A stretch of DNA of 63,941 bases, filler included, from Bonamia ostreae (taxonomy: Eukaryota): assembly GCA_040357525.1 (NCBI GenBank). It is 6 parts of 6 records of this genome, joined end to end, with 100 filler letters (N's around TTAATTAATTAA, not from the genome) between each part and the next. Parts side by side here need not be neighbours in the genome. Positions count along the whole stretch, not along the records: positions 22,790 to 33,773 come from JBDODL010000025.1; positions 33,874 to 44,777 come from JBDODL010000026.1; 4 more parts are not named here. One strand, 5' to 3'. Shown here piece by piece: positions 25,054-38,228 of the stretch; the first letter of the stretch is position 1; each line of letters starts with the position of its first letter. Below the pieces are notes generated by a model that saw only the letters and a list, made by a program, of their open reading frames with translations, was not told the origin of the DNA and ran no database searches. The translations under genes and the position numbers were made by a program.

Positions 25054-25660
25054 AAGAATAAAGAAGAAAATCAGAACAGCTAAAAGACTGAAAGCTTGAG
25101 AAACATAATCTTTGAACCTTCTTTCTCTGTTGGGTGCATTACTGTTCGAACTAAACGAAGTAAAGCTCTTAAATTGAAGCTGATAAAACGAAGGGGAAAA
25201 CTCCGAACGAAAAGGAGACGCCGTTTGTTTGGACGTTTTGTAATCCGAACGGGTTGAACGGGTTGTTGGTGCCTCTTTGTTGGGGCGGCTCTATTCGTTT
25301 TGGTTTTGGTCTTTTCGGAGTGGCTTCTGTTTTACTTTATTTTGAAGCGTTTTAGTACTAAAACTCTGAAGCGCGTCCTCTGTCGTAAAGCGGAATGATG
25401 TTTTCCTCTGTCACACTAGCTTTGCAGACCGGGCAGGTATTTTTGTTGGCAATCCAAGTATGAATGCAGCTCCAACTGCAAATTGAAAATGAAAACCAGA
25501 ACAGATGGCCGCAAAGAGTAGTGACTGGTTCTGCAGCTTCTTCGAAACAAATGAAACAGTCGAAAAGACTCTTTTTCTGTTTTCTCTCGTTCTCTTTCGT
25601 TTTTTCAACGCTTGTATCTGAAATGGATTTTTCATCATTGTTTTTGATTTCGGAATCCAT
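25048..25660 (-). CDS. RING-HC E3 ligase, RNF5/RNF185-like, with C-terminal TM helix
   Basis: FDCFICFEEAAEPVTTLCGHLF..W.CIHTW..CPVCKA..IIPLYDRG; C-terminal AFSLLAVLIFFFILL*. Confidence 0.85.
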
Positions 25661-26076
25661 TAGAGCTTTTAGAAATATATGAAAGTAACTAATACAGGTT
25701 TATAGGATTTGCCATATATTTATCTAATGTAAGTTTTGGCTCAAAATATTTGGAATTGCGCATTAAAAATTGGAATTTATAAAAATTTGGAATTGTATAT
25801 AATCAGTTTCGTTTTGAAATTGTTTTTATTAACTTGAAAAATTTCGCGATAAAGCAATTTCGACAATGCTAAAATCTTTTGAGAATAAGTGGAGAATAGC
25901 ATCTCCACCTCCTTCAAATTGATCCTTCTGGTTCAATCCATTGATCACCATTTTTCATTTAGCATTCAAATTCACCAAACATACAAAAAATTAAGAGGTT
26001 GAATAAGCGGTTAAGATTAAAGATTGGATTGCGAAGAATAATTGGATTAAATAATCGGTGTTAATTACTAAAAGAT

Positions 26077-26603
26077 TTAAATAGCACTCCTTTTTTCCTT
26101 TGTGAACTAAAATTTGGCTAACAAAACCACGCCGAAAGAATTCTTTTTAACAGGATAATCTAGATTTCTCGCTTCTTTTTTCTTCTTGTAAACATTTCTA
26201 ATACAAATTACCTTCAACATTGTCATAAATCAACGATTACTGATGCAAAACAAGATACAAAAGCGAAACAGATGACTAAAATTAAAATCATCGCAATCGT
26301 GTCGGTTCTGTCTTTCGATCTACAACTGAAGTTGCTAAAATACACAAATTCCTCGTTCAGAAACTCAAATCGACCATTTTTGCACAAAAAATAAAAGTTT
26401 TTTACGTTGGTTTCTTTTTCACTCAAATAAAGCTGTTTGTCTTCAGGGCAGTTCAAGTTCGCCAAAATCTCTGTTCTACCTTTGGGATCACTATAATTTT
26501 TCTTAATTTTTATTTCCATTTGGTTGATTTTTGGCACTTTACAATTGTCTGATATTGCCATATTTTTGGTTACTAACAGAACAAGAAGTAAGTTAATGGT
26601 CAT
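26077..26603 (-). CDS. Type I membrane protein with a 4-Cys (sushi-like) ectodomain
   Basis: Signal MTINLLLVLLV, four spaced Cys, TM IAMILILVICFAFVSCFAS, short basic tail after introns. Confidence 0.6.
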
Positions 26604-26830
26604 TTCTATTAATTAGAAAAATTATTGACTTCGTTTTCACATTTTACAAATAGAGTGTTTTAGAAAAAACAATTTAAGCGTTTTGTATTTGAAATAATAA
26701 ATGACTTAATGTTATATAAACACAAAAAATAATATTTATAGCTGAATTTAAAATGAATTTTCATGAATACATTTCTTTTGACTTTAATGATTCAAAATTG
26801 ATTATTTTTGTCATCAAAATAATTAGAATA

Positions 26831-27097
26831 ATGAATTTAATTATGGTTTCAATAAGTCTGCTCTCAACACTTTTACTCGGGATTAGTTTGTACTTAAAAT
26901 ACAAGAAAACAAGTTAAATTTTAATCTTATAGGAATCTTGTACGAAACCAAGAGTGGTATTATTTCAAGGATAAGAAATCAACTAACTCTGGCAGCAAAA
27001 GAAAATATGAGTACATATCCTCCTCCAAGATCCTCAAATACAATTTGTTTGGACGAAATAAACACTCTAAATCGAAAAAATACAGATGAGAATTAAA
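26831..27097 (+). CDS. Small single-pass membrane protein
   Basis: MNLIMVSISLLSTLLLGISLYLKYKKT + 20-nt intron + ILYETKSG...YPPPRSS...DEN*. Confidence 0.45.
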
Positions 27098-27289
27098 AGA
27101 TGAAACTTGATAATGATAAATATCTTATCCAATTGTTATAGAATTCTTTTTTATTATTTAATAAAATTTTTTGCTAGAAACTAAATAATGAATTTTAATA
27201 ATTTAAAATTTTTATATTATAGTTTATATTGTCTAACAGAAACAGTTAAATAATTTTTTTTATATAAAAACAAAAAAAATAATATAAAA

Positions 27290-29471
27290 ATGGACAAAAT
27301 CGCAGACCATTTTAACTTTGAGTTGTCTGAAAACAATTACAGATTTTCTTGTGTGGTTTTGTCTGGAATCGCGTCTATATTTATCATTTTGAACTTTTTT
27401 TAAAGACTCGCTATGTTTTATTTTTAATATTCCAAGATAAATAAATTACGTTTTAAAAATACCCAAAATAAACACATTAATATAATGCAAATTTAATTTA
27501 ACACATTAATGGATTCACTTAACTCGACAGATTAATATAAATTATAAATCCATTAAGAATTAGTCAAATTATAAATTAGCCAAATTTAGCCAAATCTTAA
27601 TAAATTAGAAAGATATTTATCTTTGAACACAACATCAGAACCAGAGAATGATAATAAAGTTGAAGCAAAAAATAATACATATTATGATGAAACAGATGCT
27701 TCGGAAAGAAAAAATTTTGTTACTGATGAGAACGTGCTTAAAAATTTAAATGTTCCGAATGACTTTGATGCCGAAGAACAATTTACTGGCGTTGATGATG
27801 ATTCAATTGATATTAATGCCTCCGACAAAAGATTCACTAAAAAGGATACTGACAATTCTGCGATTGACCAACATGAAACAATACCAAGAGCAAACGATGG
27901 CAAATGGACAGATGACATTCTATTACAACAAAGAGTAAACACAATCGCAAAAGAAAAAATTGATGAAACTACAAAAGAATGTTTAACTACTTTCAAAGAA
28001 GAAGTTGCATCTACTTATCAACAGAGAGAATTTTCGGAAACAGAGAATTCGAAAGATTTTGTTCAAATTTTCGAAGAGCAAACAAATTTTCCTCAAAATA
28101 ACAACAGTCATTTATCAAGTGTTCAGAATAACTGTAATGAAGAAAATTTTGAAAACGTTGAAAATATCGAAAAAAGAAAACATCCTTCAATCCCACTGGC
28201 ACCCCCGCCGCCACCGATGCTAAAAAAAACAGATCGACACATCAAAATAATCAGGAAAAATTCTTCAACGAATAAAATACCTTCTGAAAAAAGTAATGCA
28301 GAAGATGAGTTGTTAAAAGAAATAAGAATGAGACAAAAGAAAATGGGGATTTTCGTAGAAAGTACTGAACAGACACAATTGGATAAAGATCAAACTGAAG
28401 AGATTAACACTATTTCAGAGAGCAAAATATCGAGTGTGAGTTTAGAAAATAGTGTCGTCCCAACAATTCCGCCTCCGCCGCCTCCGCCACCACAATTACC
28501 TGCGCCACAGAACAAACTTAAAATACCTTTATCGAAGCCAAGTAAAGTAAGCAATCAAAAATATTCAAATGAACCGAACATAGAATCTGTACTTGAAGAA
28601 TTGAAAAAGAAACAACTTCTTTTAAAGAGAAAGTCTTCTGTTAAAGAAATCGATTCTGATAATAATCTGATTGAGGAGAAAAATGATCAAATAGAAACTG
28701 ATCCAAAAAGTAATGGAATGAGCATTGATGAAAGAATTAATTTGGGTAAAGAAGCGAGAAAAAGTCTCAACTTTTAATAAAAATTGCAATTTTTAATTTA
28801 AACTTTACAAAATTATATGAAGAACAATTTGAAACAACATTTAACTTCAGGGAAAAATTGAGAAAATCAAAAAATTTAAATTCGCCAAAAACGCAAAACA
28901 AGGGGAAAAGTAGCCAAAATTTCGAAATTGTTAATGAAACAATTTCAAAAAAAGATTCGCAAATAGATATTGTCAACAACACTCTTCCAGACCGCGAATC
29001 TGAAGATTTAAATAAAATTGACCAAAAAGTCAAAGAAAAAAACTTAAATGAGAGAATAGATTCAGAAATAATATCCATCGAACACCATTTTAACGATAAA
29101 TAACGACACAGCCGAATATTTTTACAGCGACAATGATGAAACTTCAATAAAAGGTTTTTATTATAATTAAACAGAAAGAATTATCAAAAAGGAGACAATC
29201 TGCTCAACAGAAGGTCAAACCGATTGGGAAACGAGTCATGATTTACGTTTTAACAATAACGAGTTTAGGCGGTGCGAATTGTAGTGGATTCGAAAGGTCA
29301 AACTTGAAATATTTTTCAAATAGCCTTGCAAAAAAGCTGAAGAAGCCATCTGACAGAGTTGAAGAAAAAATTGCTGAACCGAGAAAAATAAACTTCGAAA
29401 CTGATAAATTTGAGTCTGGGAGCAAATTATATGAAAAGAAAGCTTTAGAAACGGATAATGCTAAATATTGA
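27290..29471 (+). CDS. Acidic disordered protein with polyproline tracts and WH2-like helices; possible N-terminal TM exon
   Basis: PPPPP...EDELLKEIRMRQKKM and PPPPPPPP...ESVLEELKKKQLLLKRKS in ORF 27623-28777; junction to the upstream hydrophobic exon is unresolved. Confidence 0.55.
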
Positions 29472-29782
29472 TCTTACCATTTTTTATTATTTTTTGGTTA
29501 CTCAAATTTCTAAACAGATAATTTGAAATATTTATGTGATCGAATTTTAAACAATGGCGATTTCAAACAAATTTTTCAAAATATCGTAAATCGTTTTTTC
29601 TTCACATTAGTTGCTTTGAAAAAAATCAAAAATGGACGTTTAATAATTTCAGAGTTCAAAATAATATTAAAAAATCAACGATTATACAAATTTGAGACGG
29701 GTGTATATAAAAAACTTCAAAAATGGATAATGGAATATTGATTTTTGGAACATTTATTTTTTGAGAGATTGAAAAGTTTGAT

Positions 29783-31036
29783 TTAATTTTGCCAAAATCT
29801 CAATTCGCCTTGGTAAAAAGTACTAGAAACAACGTCATTAACCAAATTTGACAAATAAAGCCAATCCGACGCATAACAAAGAACATCTTTTCCCGCCTTG
29901 GAAATATCTGAATCGCCGTGTTGGCGATAAGACATTATTTTTGCCGTCTCCAAATCTGAAGGGCTTTCAATAACGTGACATCCGCTTCTCATCCCACTTA
30001 CCAATAACAACCCAGGCAAATGTTTGTGCCATTTCAAACGCCAAACCTTTAATTAACACATACATTAAGAGCTTTAATTTCAAAACTCCGCCGCCGATGT
30101 TAAACGAGTTAACAGGGCTGTAAATGTTGCGCTTATCGAAAATGCGAACATGCTGGTCATAACTTTGTTTTAACGAAAAAGTTTTGAAGGAAACCCGCCG
30201 ACGGCGATTAAATCGCCGTGATGAGGATCTGGTGCTATCGAACAAACCCCATATTCAAAATTCTTGCTACTAGTTTCCGATTTTGATCTCATGTCCCATA
30301 TCTTCATACTCGCATCGTCTGAACCTTTAATGGGCCAGTCCGAAAATCGATATACATATTAAATAAAGACAGTGCACATCAATAAAATTACTTTATAAAT
30401 ATAAAACTCACCCGAATAAACTACAAACGGATTCTCACTGTCAAAAACAACATTCCAAACCTCCGCGTTATGGGCCCTAAATTTGTCCTAACGGGAATCG
30501 ATAAAAAACGATAGAATGATTTTCAAGGTCGATGAGACCAATGTGACCATCGGAAAGACTAGCGACAATCGCTTTGTTATCAAAACTAACAAAGTTTTAA
30601 AAGCAAACGGACTCCAGTCTAAAGAGAGGGCCAATGAACTATTGCTTAAATCGAAGTTTAGCAAAAGTTCCAAACCGAACGAATTTGATGGCTCTGCTCT
30701 GAAAATTTTAACGGAGCCGTCGGAGTTAGCGGATGATATAAAATCTGAGAATGGTTGCCTATTGACAAGTAGAACGTTTTAGAGTGTTTTTGGGTGTTTA
30801 ATTTATAACCATTTGAGATCGGTAACAGCAAAATCAAATTTTGCGAAAGAAATTTGGACAGGAGAAGATTGTCCAAAGTTGTACATGGCAATGGCCCCTG
30901 AACGAATTTTGGTTTTCTCGTTTAACGAATAACTTCCACAAGCAAAAACCGAGTTTGCTCGCGGGAAATCGCAATTGTTGAAAGTTTCAATCGCGTCAAA
31001 ATTATATTTAGTATTGAGTTTCGCCAAATCCTTCAT
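29783..31036 (-). CDS. DPH7: Diphthine methylesterase DPH7/WDR85
   Basis: ACGSYSL, LALSLDW, SYDQHVRIFDKR, GGGV-WRLKWH, CYASDW, SSTFY. Confidence 0.9.
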
Positions 31037-31166
31037 TGGCTTTGATGTTAGGCTATTTTAATAAATTTATATTTCCAAATTAACAATTTTCGTTATACCG
31101 CCATTGCTATAACTAAATATCCTAAATTCGTCAAATAATGGAATATTATGGAGGTAATTAAATACA

Positions 31167-32727
31167 ATGATAAATTTAGAGGAAATTGGGACGATCGTTG
31201 TAGACGTCGGGAGAACGCATTTTAAAGCCGGTTTCGCCGGCGATAGTTCGCCTAGCTCATTTAACGTTTCCGCCGCTGGGATCAGTAACATCAAATCTGA
31301 AAAGTTTGCAGGGAAAAATTTGGATTACGTCCTTTCCGAAAAGGAAATCGATAAACTTCAAATTGTCAAACCATTTTATGACCTTAAAAGTACATTTTCC
31401 TTAATTCCAAATTTTATAACCAAATCTCCCCATTTTCGTTTCATTCTTTTTTGGTATATCGACGCTTCGTTTTCGAAGATATGTCGATAAAGAATTTTAG
31501 ACCATTCTAAATAAGATTTATAAAATTCAATTTTTGCAATTTTTGCAATTTTTGCAAATTTGCTTCAATAAATCAATTCTGACGAAAAAGATGCCAATTT
31601 TGACGCAATCGAAGCAATTTTCAATGAAGCGTTATTAGAAGATCTACAAATCAAACCAAAAGAACATCCCATTCTCGTTTCAGAACGAACGGACACCCCC
31701 AAAATTTACAGGGAAAAACTGGCTCAACTTTTATTCGAAAAAATGGGGTTTGAATGCTTGTTCTTCGCGAAGCAACCCGTTTTGAGTTGTTTCGCGTCCG
31801 GCAGATATACTGGAATGGTACTTGATGTTTCTGGCGCGGATACCAAATGTGTGCCTGTTTCAGACGGTTACAGTTTGCCCGCAGAAACAAAAACGAGTGA
31901 AATCGGAGGCGATTGGATTGACACATTTCTGAAAACGAGATTGCTCGCGCGCGGAATTAATTTGATCGAAGACAAAATTTTGCTTTCCGCGGATAAAAGT
32001 GTGGTCGATTATGTCGAATCTGTTTATTTTTTTACTCGAACAAATAATCAAAGAGAACATTGAGAGACATAAAAGAAAATTTTTGTTTCGTGAAAAGTGA
32101 AGAAAACGGACCAGTTCGATCGGATTCCAAAGATTACAAATTGCCAGACGGCAGATTGGTCGAAATAAAAGGCGAAGATCGCTACATTCCGACCGAAGTC
32201 TTTTTCCAGCCGCAATCCGATCTCTTCGAAGTTAAATTTTCTGAAATTTAATTTGAAAAAATTTTTTATCAAATTAGAAGAGATTGAATAATGTCAAAAG
32301 CGCCCCGAAATTATTAGTGGAAACACTTTTGGAATGCGACGCGGATTTGAGAAAAAATCTCGTCGGAAATATTATTGTCTCAGGAAAAGGATTGCTTTTC
32401 AAAGGGTTCTACAAAAGACTCTTTTCTTCTGTCAATCAAATGCTCCCGCCTGTTTTTCCAAGCTTAAATTTTTTCTTTTTAATTGTTTTTCGCGCCTGTT
32501 TTAAATTTCTTTTTCAATCAAATCTTTTGTAAAATTACATTTTACAATTTAAGGCTTTGAACAAGTTGAAAATAATAATGCCGAGCGATAACATCCGCCG
32601 CAACTTCGAAGTGGCATGGATCGGAGGATCCATCTTGGGATCGATCGCCGCGTTCAAACAGTTAATTGTGACGAAATCCGAATTTGAGGAGTCTGGAACC
32701 TCCATCATTCATGAAAAATGTCCTTGA
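31167..32727 (+). CDS. Nuclear actin-related protein ARP4/ACTL6-like
   Basis: [55 protein letters not shown], terminal EKCP*. Confidence 0.85.
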
Positions 32728-32932
32728 TTCTTTTTTACTCTTCATTTCATCAAATTGTATATAAGACATTTACTCTCTTCAATACTCAAAATAAAATAAT
32801 ATGTCATTGAGCCCAAGTTTATCGTAATAAAATAAATTCAGTGAAAACGAATGCAGAAAATTTTAGAATTTTTATTTATTGAAAAAAAATTATTAAAATC
32901 GCAAGTTTTTAAAATAATTGAGACAAAAATTT

Positions 32933-33236
32933 TTATTTATTTTCGCTTGGCAAATAATTAAGAACAGGTTTTCCAGTAGCTCTTCTCATTCTGTTAGACG
33001 GATTTATCTAATTTTTTGAGCCATTAGTTAACAAAATTTTGCCAAATTTAAAAGCGGAATTTAGAACAAACGGCTGCAGCTTTGCATATCCAATAGAGAT
33101 GTCTTGTTTGAACACATTGGTCTTTTTCGATCAACTGCAAACAAGTGACAACGTCTTTATGTTTTTCATAACATTTCGTTGTTTTTATACAACGCACCAA
33201 ATCTTTCATCGCGTCAAAACAAACTTGATTCGGCAT
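32933..33236 (-). CDS. Cytochrome c oxidase assembly factor COA5/Pet191-like
   Basis: Small protein with six Cys in CX9C arrangement, followed after an intron by INPSNRMR. Confidence 0.7.
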
Positions 33237-33359
33237 TTTTACGTTTTCGATATTATTCGATATATTTTATCAATATTTAGCCAAATGAGCTTTATTATTT
33301 GATATACTTTTTCGATGTAACGATATTTAGCTTTTAAATTGAAAAATGTTAAATTCCGT

Positions 33360-33773
33360 TTAAATGACTCGCTGTCTTTTGAGCGCCTCATAAGTTTTTT
33401 TCCCGTAGACATTTCCTTCTTGGTCTTCAAATTCTTCTTCTAAATCCGGATTGAACATTTCGACCAATTTCTTTTCTTTCAATTTCTGATATACTTCAAA
33501 AATTTTTGTTAAAAATTGAAAAATTTAATTTTTCCGAATTTGAAAAATTTTTGGTTAAAAACATGTTTCCGCTTCTTTGATTTTAGTGATGTTGTGAAAA
33601 TGCTTCGTGTTCGGGATTCCAAGCGCTTTCATTCCATTCGCCTAAATTTTAGCATTGGCAATTTGTGGTTAAATCTGGCAAAATAAAATGGCAATTTGTG
33701 GTTAAATGCTCTAAAAACATGTTTCCATTCTTTGAAGTGTTGTTGAAACGCTCTCGCTTTTTTAATGTCGGTT
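33360..33773 (-). CDS. SF3A3: Splicing factor 3A subunit 3 (Prp9), C-terminal part
   Basis: AFQQHFKEWKH, MKALGIPNTKHFHNITKI, EEEFED..GNVYGKKTYEALKRQ. Confidence 0.92.
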
Positions 33774-34055
33774 NNNNNNNNNNNNNNNNNNNNNNNNNNN
33801 NNNNNNNNNNNNNNNNNTTAATTAATTAANNNNNNNNNNNNNNNNNNNNNNNNNNNNNNNNNNNNNNNNNNNNTTTTCTTCTTCTTTTTCTCGTTATTAT
33901 TATTTTTTGTTTTTTTCTCGTTTATCTTTTTTACTTTTTCTCGTTATTCTATTCGAACAAATTTTATTACGAGAAACATAGATAATTTGAAACATAGATT
34001 TAATTTTTATTAAAAAATTTAAAATAAACATTCTAAACCTGATATAATCAATAAA

Positions 34056-34569
34056 ATGAACTTTTATACGGAAGACGAAATATCAATCGACAAATTTCCT
34101 GATTTTGATAAATTTCACCCAAAAAGACGTGTTGCCATCGCTGTTGACGGTTCTGAGAGTGCAATCAAATCGTTAAAATACGCAATTGAGAATGTCTTTC
34201 GAAAAGACGATGCCATTTTTGTTTTGAATGCTGTCAAAACGAGCAATTTCGAGGCTTTCAAATCAGAAGAAGAAGCGAAAGGCCTCAAAATTCAAAATAC
34301 GGAAAAAGCTGCTTTTGCAGTTAAAAAATCGCTCGAGTTGTTAAAAGATGTTTTAACTGACGTGACATAAAAAGTTTGACAAGAAACATGGACTTGTTTT
34401 GACCGGAAAAGACGAACGAGAGATCTTGCTAAATGCTTTAGAGACGTTGGAGCCCAACTTCTTCGTTGTGGGATCTAGAGGTTTAGGAGCGGTCAAAAGA
34501 GTTGTTTTGGGAAGTGTCAGTTCTTATTTGGTACATCACACAAAATGCCCGATCATAGTTGTCAAATAA
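34056..34569 (+). CDS. Universal stress protein (USP)
   Basis: RRVAIAVDGSE; after a 25-nt intron VVGSRGLGAVKRVVLGSVSSYLVHHTKCPIIVVK*. Confidence 0.93.
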
Positions 34570-35381
34570 ATTGAAAACAAGATTTTTCTTCATATTCGAT
34601 AATTTACAATTTATCACATTTATTGAACAACAGTAAAATTTCTGTTAACAGTAAAATTTATTGAACAGTGCTTTGGTTTTGCCTCCACTCGATATCTTCT
34701 TTTATGACTTGAGAAACAATGGACATCGCATCTTTCAAATCGACGTCTGTCGGTTCCCTCTGCACACCGAAACTTTAGTTATGTTGGAAAATATACTGTT
34801 CGATTGTCGCGATCGGAAAATGATACATTTCGGCTAATATTTTTATTGGCTTAAAATGTGTAAATATTGCAAAAACAAGCTCGAAATATTAAGAATTATT
34901 AGCTTTAGCATATTTTTCGTTTTTGCAGGAAATTTAAGTTCTTGCGCATGTAAAATAGCAACTTTTTTTATATCTTAAAGTGCAAATTTACGAATTTTGT
35001 CAATTGTAAACTCAAAATCAGGAAACTAAAATATTTTTTATATCTTGATTCGCAGTACGATTTTAATTACTTTCGCCGAATTGTCGAAGTTGCTTTTGCG
35101 ACGATTTTGAAATTATAACTTTTGAAGCCGTTAGTAATAGCGACTTTATTTTCAGCGAGGAATTTTAAAGTTTAGCAATCTTCTCATGCTTTGTTTAACG
35201 TTGAAGATGTGATTGGCATGAGAAGTGCAAAAATGTTTCTACAAAAGTTTAGAGTCAAAGTTTGAGGTTATAAATGATCGACGAACGTCCTTATTTTTAA
35301 AATGTCTTATCTCATTGAGGTAGATTTATCTCAAATCAATCAAATCTGATTAAAATCTTGAGTCTGAGCAAAAGAACCGAC

Positions 35382-35512
35382 ATTGGCCTTATTAAAAATA
35401 AAAATAACAAAATCTTAATATTAAAATCTTTTTGCTTGAATTGGCCTTATTAAAAATAAAAATAACAAAATCTTAATATTAAAATCTTTTTGCTTGAATT
35501 GGCCTTATTAAA
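35382..35512. repeat. ~58-nt tandem duplication upstream of the Rieske gene
   Basis: ttggccttattaaaaataaaaataacaaaatcttaatattaaaatctttttgcttgaa x2 plus a partial third copy. Confidence 0.85.
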
Positions 35513-35632
35513 ATGGGAGCTTGCAAAAGAGCGTACACACAAGCCACCCAGTTTTACCTAAAGCAACATAAAACAGTTTATCGAATACATTAAAGGCACT
35601 CTTTAATAACACATTTAGAAAAGCTAAAATTA

Positions 35633-36322
35633 ATGCTGCTAAAATTGGCGAAGAGCTCAAAACGGATTAGATCTGCACAGATCAAAACCACCGCTAGACT
35701 TTTGCACAACATGACAACTGCGCAGGAAATCGATCCATTAAATTCCTACGCCGTCCCGAACCCCAAATACCAGAAACTCCGCGGCACAGGAAATCCAGAG
35801 GTCGTGCAGGAACGAGACATTTTGCTGAAGGCAATCCCAAGGTAAACACTCCACTAATTCAGAGGATTAGGACTTTTGTTATACCAACAAGCTTTAGGAA
35901 AAGCCATTCACGCAGTGGATCTAGACGAGAACGCACTGGGCTTCGCGAGTATAGAAGTGGACATATCGTCGATCCCGGTTGGAGAGATAATGTCGGTGAT
36001 GGTTTCGGGCCAACCGATATTCATTTTCCACCGCTCCCCGGCCGACATCCAAATGGCCGAGGAAGATGACGGGAAGAGCATGAAAGACCCAGAACCAGAC
36101 GACAAGCGAGTCAAGAAGAAGGACATGTTGATAGTTTTGGGGATCTGCACACATCTCGGCTGCACGCCGATTCCGAGGGCCGGGGACTACAACGGCTTTT
36201 ATTGCCCGTGCCACGGATCCCATTTCGACACCGCGGGGCGGATTCGGGCGGGGCCCGCCGGGACGAATCTTCTGATTCCGAAGTACAAATTTCTGGACGA
36301 GGGCAAAATTGTGATTGGCTAG
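35633..36322 (+). CDS. UQCRFS1: Cytochrome bc1 Rieske iron-sulfur subunit
   Basis: Basic presequence; CTHLGC and CPCHGS motifs; 21-nt intron 35842-35862. Confidence 0.97.
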
Positions 36323-36784
36323 TAAATCCTTTGTTCTTGCAGTAAATTTTTTGTTCGTTGATTGGCAGTTTCTGGCCGTTTTAGTAACAGTCTTCATTAA
36401 TTTTTTTTGTTTTGGTTCTTTAAAATTTTTGTATTTTGATTTGATTCTTTGTCTCCACTTACAATATTTTCAAAAAATTATGCAGAAACATTGAAGAAAA
36501 CAATTATGAGAATTTTGATTTATTTTAATCAAAATCGATGTTGTTGAAGTAAATCTGATTTACTAAAAATCAATGTTATCAAATGTTATTTTCCGAATTT
36601 TAATCAACTTCCAATAAGTCGTGTCTAGAAATGGTTGAAATGCACAAACGACATATCTTCGAAATGGGGTTGCAAAAATATTTTCAAAATGTGTTTTTAA
36701 TAAACTCGTTTACAGTTGCGACTTATTTTTCCAATATCTTTAAATTGCAAATTTATTTGCGAAAAACGTTATAAACGACAATAA

Positions 36785-37910
36785 ATGAAAGTGCTGGCGG
36801 GCGTGGAAACAGGGTTTACCTTAAGTTCAAATTGCTAGCGGAATAACAACGGTAGCCTCAATAGCTGACCCAAGAGCTCCCAAAGAAATAATCAACAAAA
36901 AAATTTTTCCGACCGAGACACCAGACGAAACCGTTTCAAAAGTTTGCTCTTGGCTAAAACAATTTGACATCGCTGCTTTGGGAATTGCCTCGTTTGGACC
37001 CATTGACATCGACCGCAAAAGCAAAACGTTTAATGCTAAGATAGGCAATATATGCAATATGATTATGCACAAACTTACCCATTATAACACGTTTAATTAG
37101 GTACGGATATGTCACATCGACGCCAAAGAAAAAATGGAAAAACTTCAATTTGATCAAAGCTATTCGCACAAACTTGGGAAACGAGGATCTGCCGGTTGGC
37201 TTTCAAACGGATGTCAACACAGCAGCTCTTGCAGAAAACATGACCGATAGGCACTCGTAATTAGATTCAACAGTTAACTCAAAGCGCACTGGACTCGTGT
37301 GTCTACATAACAATCGGAGGCGGGATCGGAGTCGGACTATCTTACAAAAAATCCCCATTTGTCGGACTTTCCCATACCGAAGGCGGGCACTTTAAGTTTG
37401 CAAGCTTTTGGCAATTACTTTCACAGGCCGAGACGATATGTAAACAGAGTTGGCGAAACGGACGACTTTGAGGGCACATGCGATTATCACTCCGATTGCG
37501 TCGAAGGGCTGTCAAACGCGCCGTCTTTAGCGAAAAGACTGGGAATCGAAGTGGACGATTTAGCCACTGTGGAAGACGACCACGAAATCTGGGTTGCTCG
37601 CTTTTTAACACAAGGATCTCTTCGCGCACTACATCGGGGAGCTGTGCGCAACAGTCGTGTACATGATTTGTCCAGAGGTGATTGTGCTCGGAGGAGGCGT
37701 GATGAAGCGCAGAAGCCTCTTCCCGCGGATCAGGGCGAAAGTTCTGGAGTCGCTTTCTGGATATATCCGATTGCCCAGAATAATCGGTTTGGCTTTTAAC
37801 GATTATGCGCAAAAGACGGTATCGACGGTTACATTGTGCCAGCGGTCTATGACGACAACACTACGGGAGTGGTCGGATCTCTGCTGATCGCGGCAGAGCA
37901 GTTGCAGTAA
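36785..37910 (+). CDS. ROK-family fructokinase (bacterial ScrK/YdhR type), multi-exon
   Basis: GVETG, ALGIASFGPID, YGYVTSTPK, TDVNTAALAE, YITIGGGIG, HTEGGH, GTCDYHSDCVEGL, VLGGGVM. Confidence 0.9.
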
Positions 37911-38228
37911 ATGCAAATCCAAGATTTTCTTAAAGATGCCGGTCTAATGGCGTGGTTCGAACTCTAGAGCTGGCATTAAAACAACCGCGAAGCATTAATA
38001 AATTTAGATATAATTGACAAGTCCGAAGCTTACGTTTGAGTGTTAACACGGTCACTCGCAATGTCTTCCTAGAGTTTAAAAGTTTGCATTGCGACGGCTG
38101 CGCATACGCCTTTGACTGTCTAAAGGTACAAACCGAAACGGACGGTCGAGGCGTTGTCAACGCGGCGGAAGGGATCGGACCTCCGTCGATCCTGGCAGAG
38201 CAATTGCAATAAAAGCAAAAACGGATTT

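Noticed and set aside
35382-35512. CRISPR-like direct repeats
   Set aside because: Contiguous tandem copies without unique spacers, no cas genes, eukaryotic context
37935-37978. tRNA-like GGTTCGAA with a weak stem
   Set aside because: Too short for a cloverleaf; no D or anticodon arm
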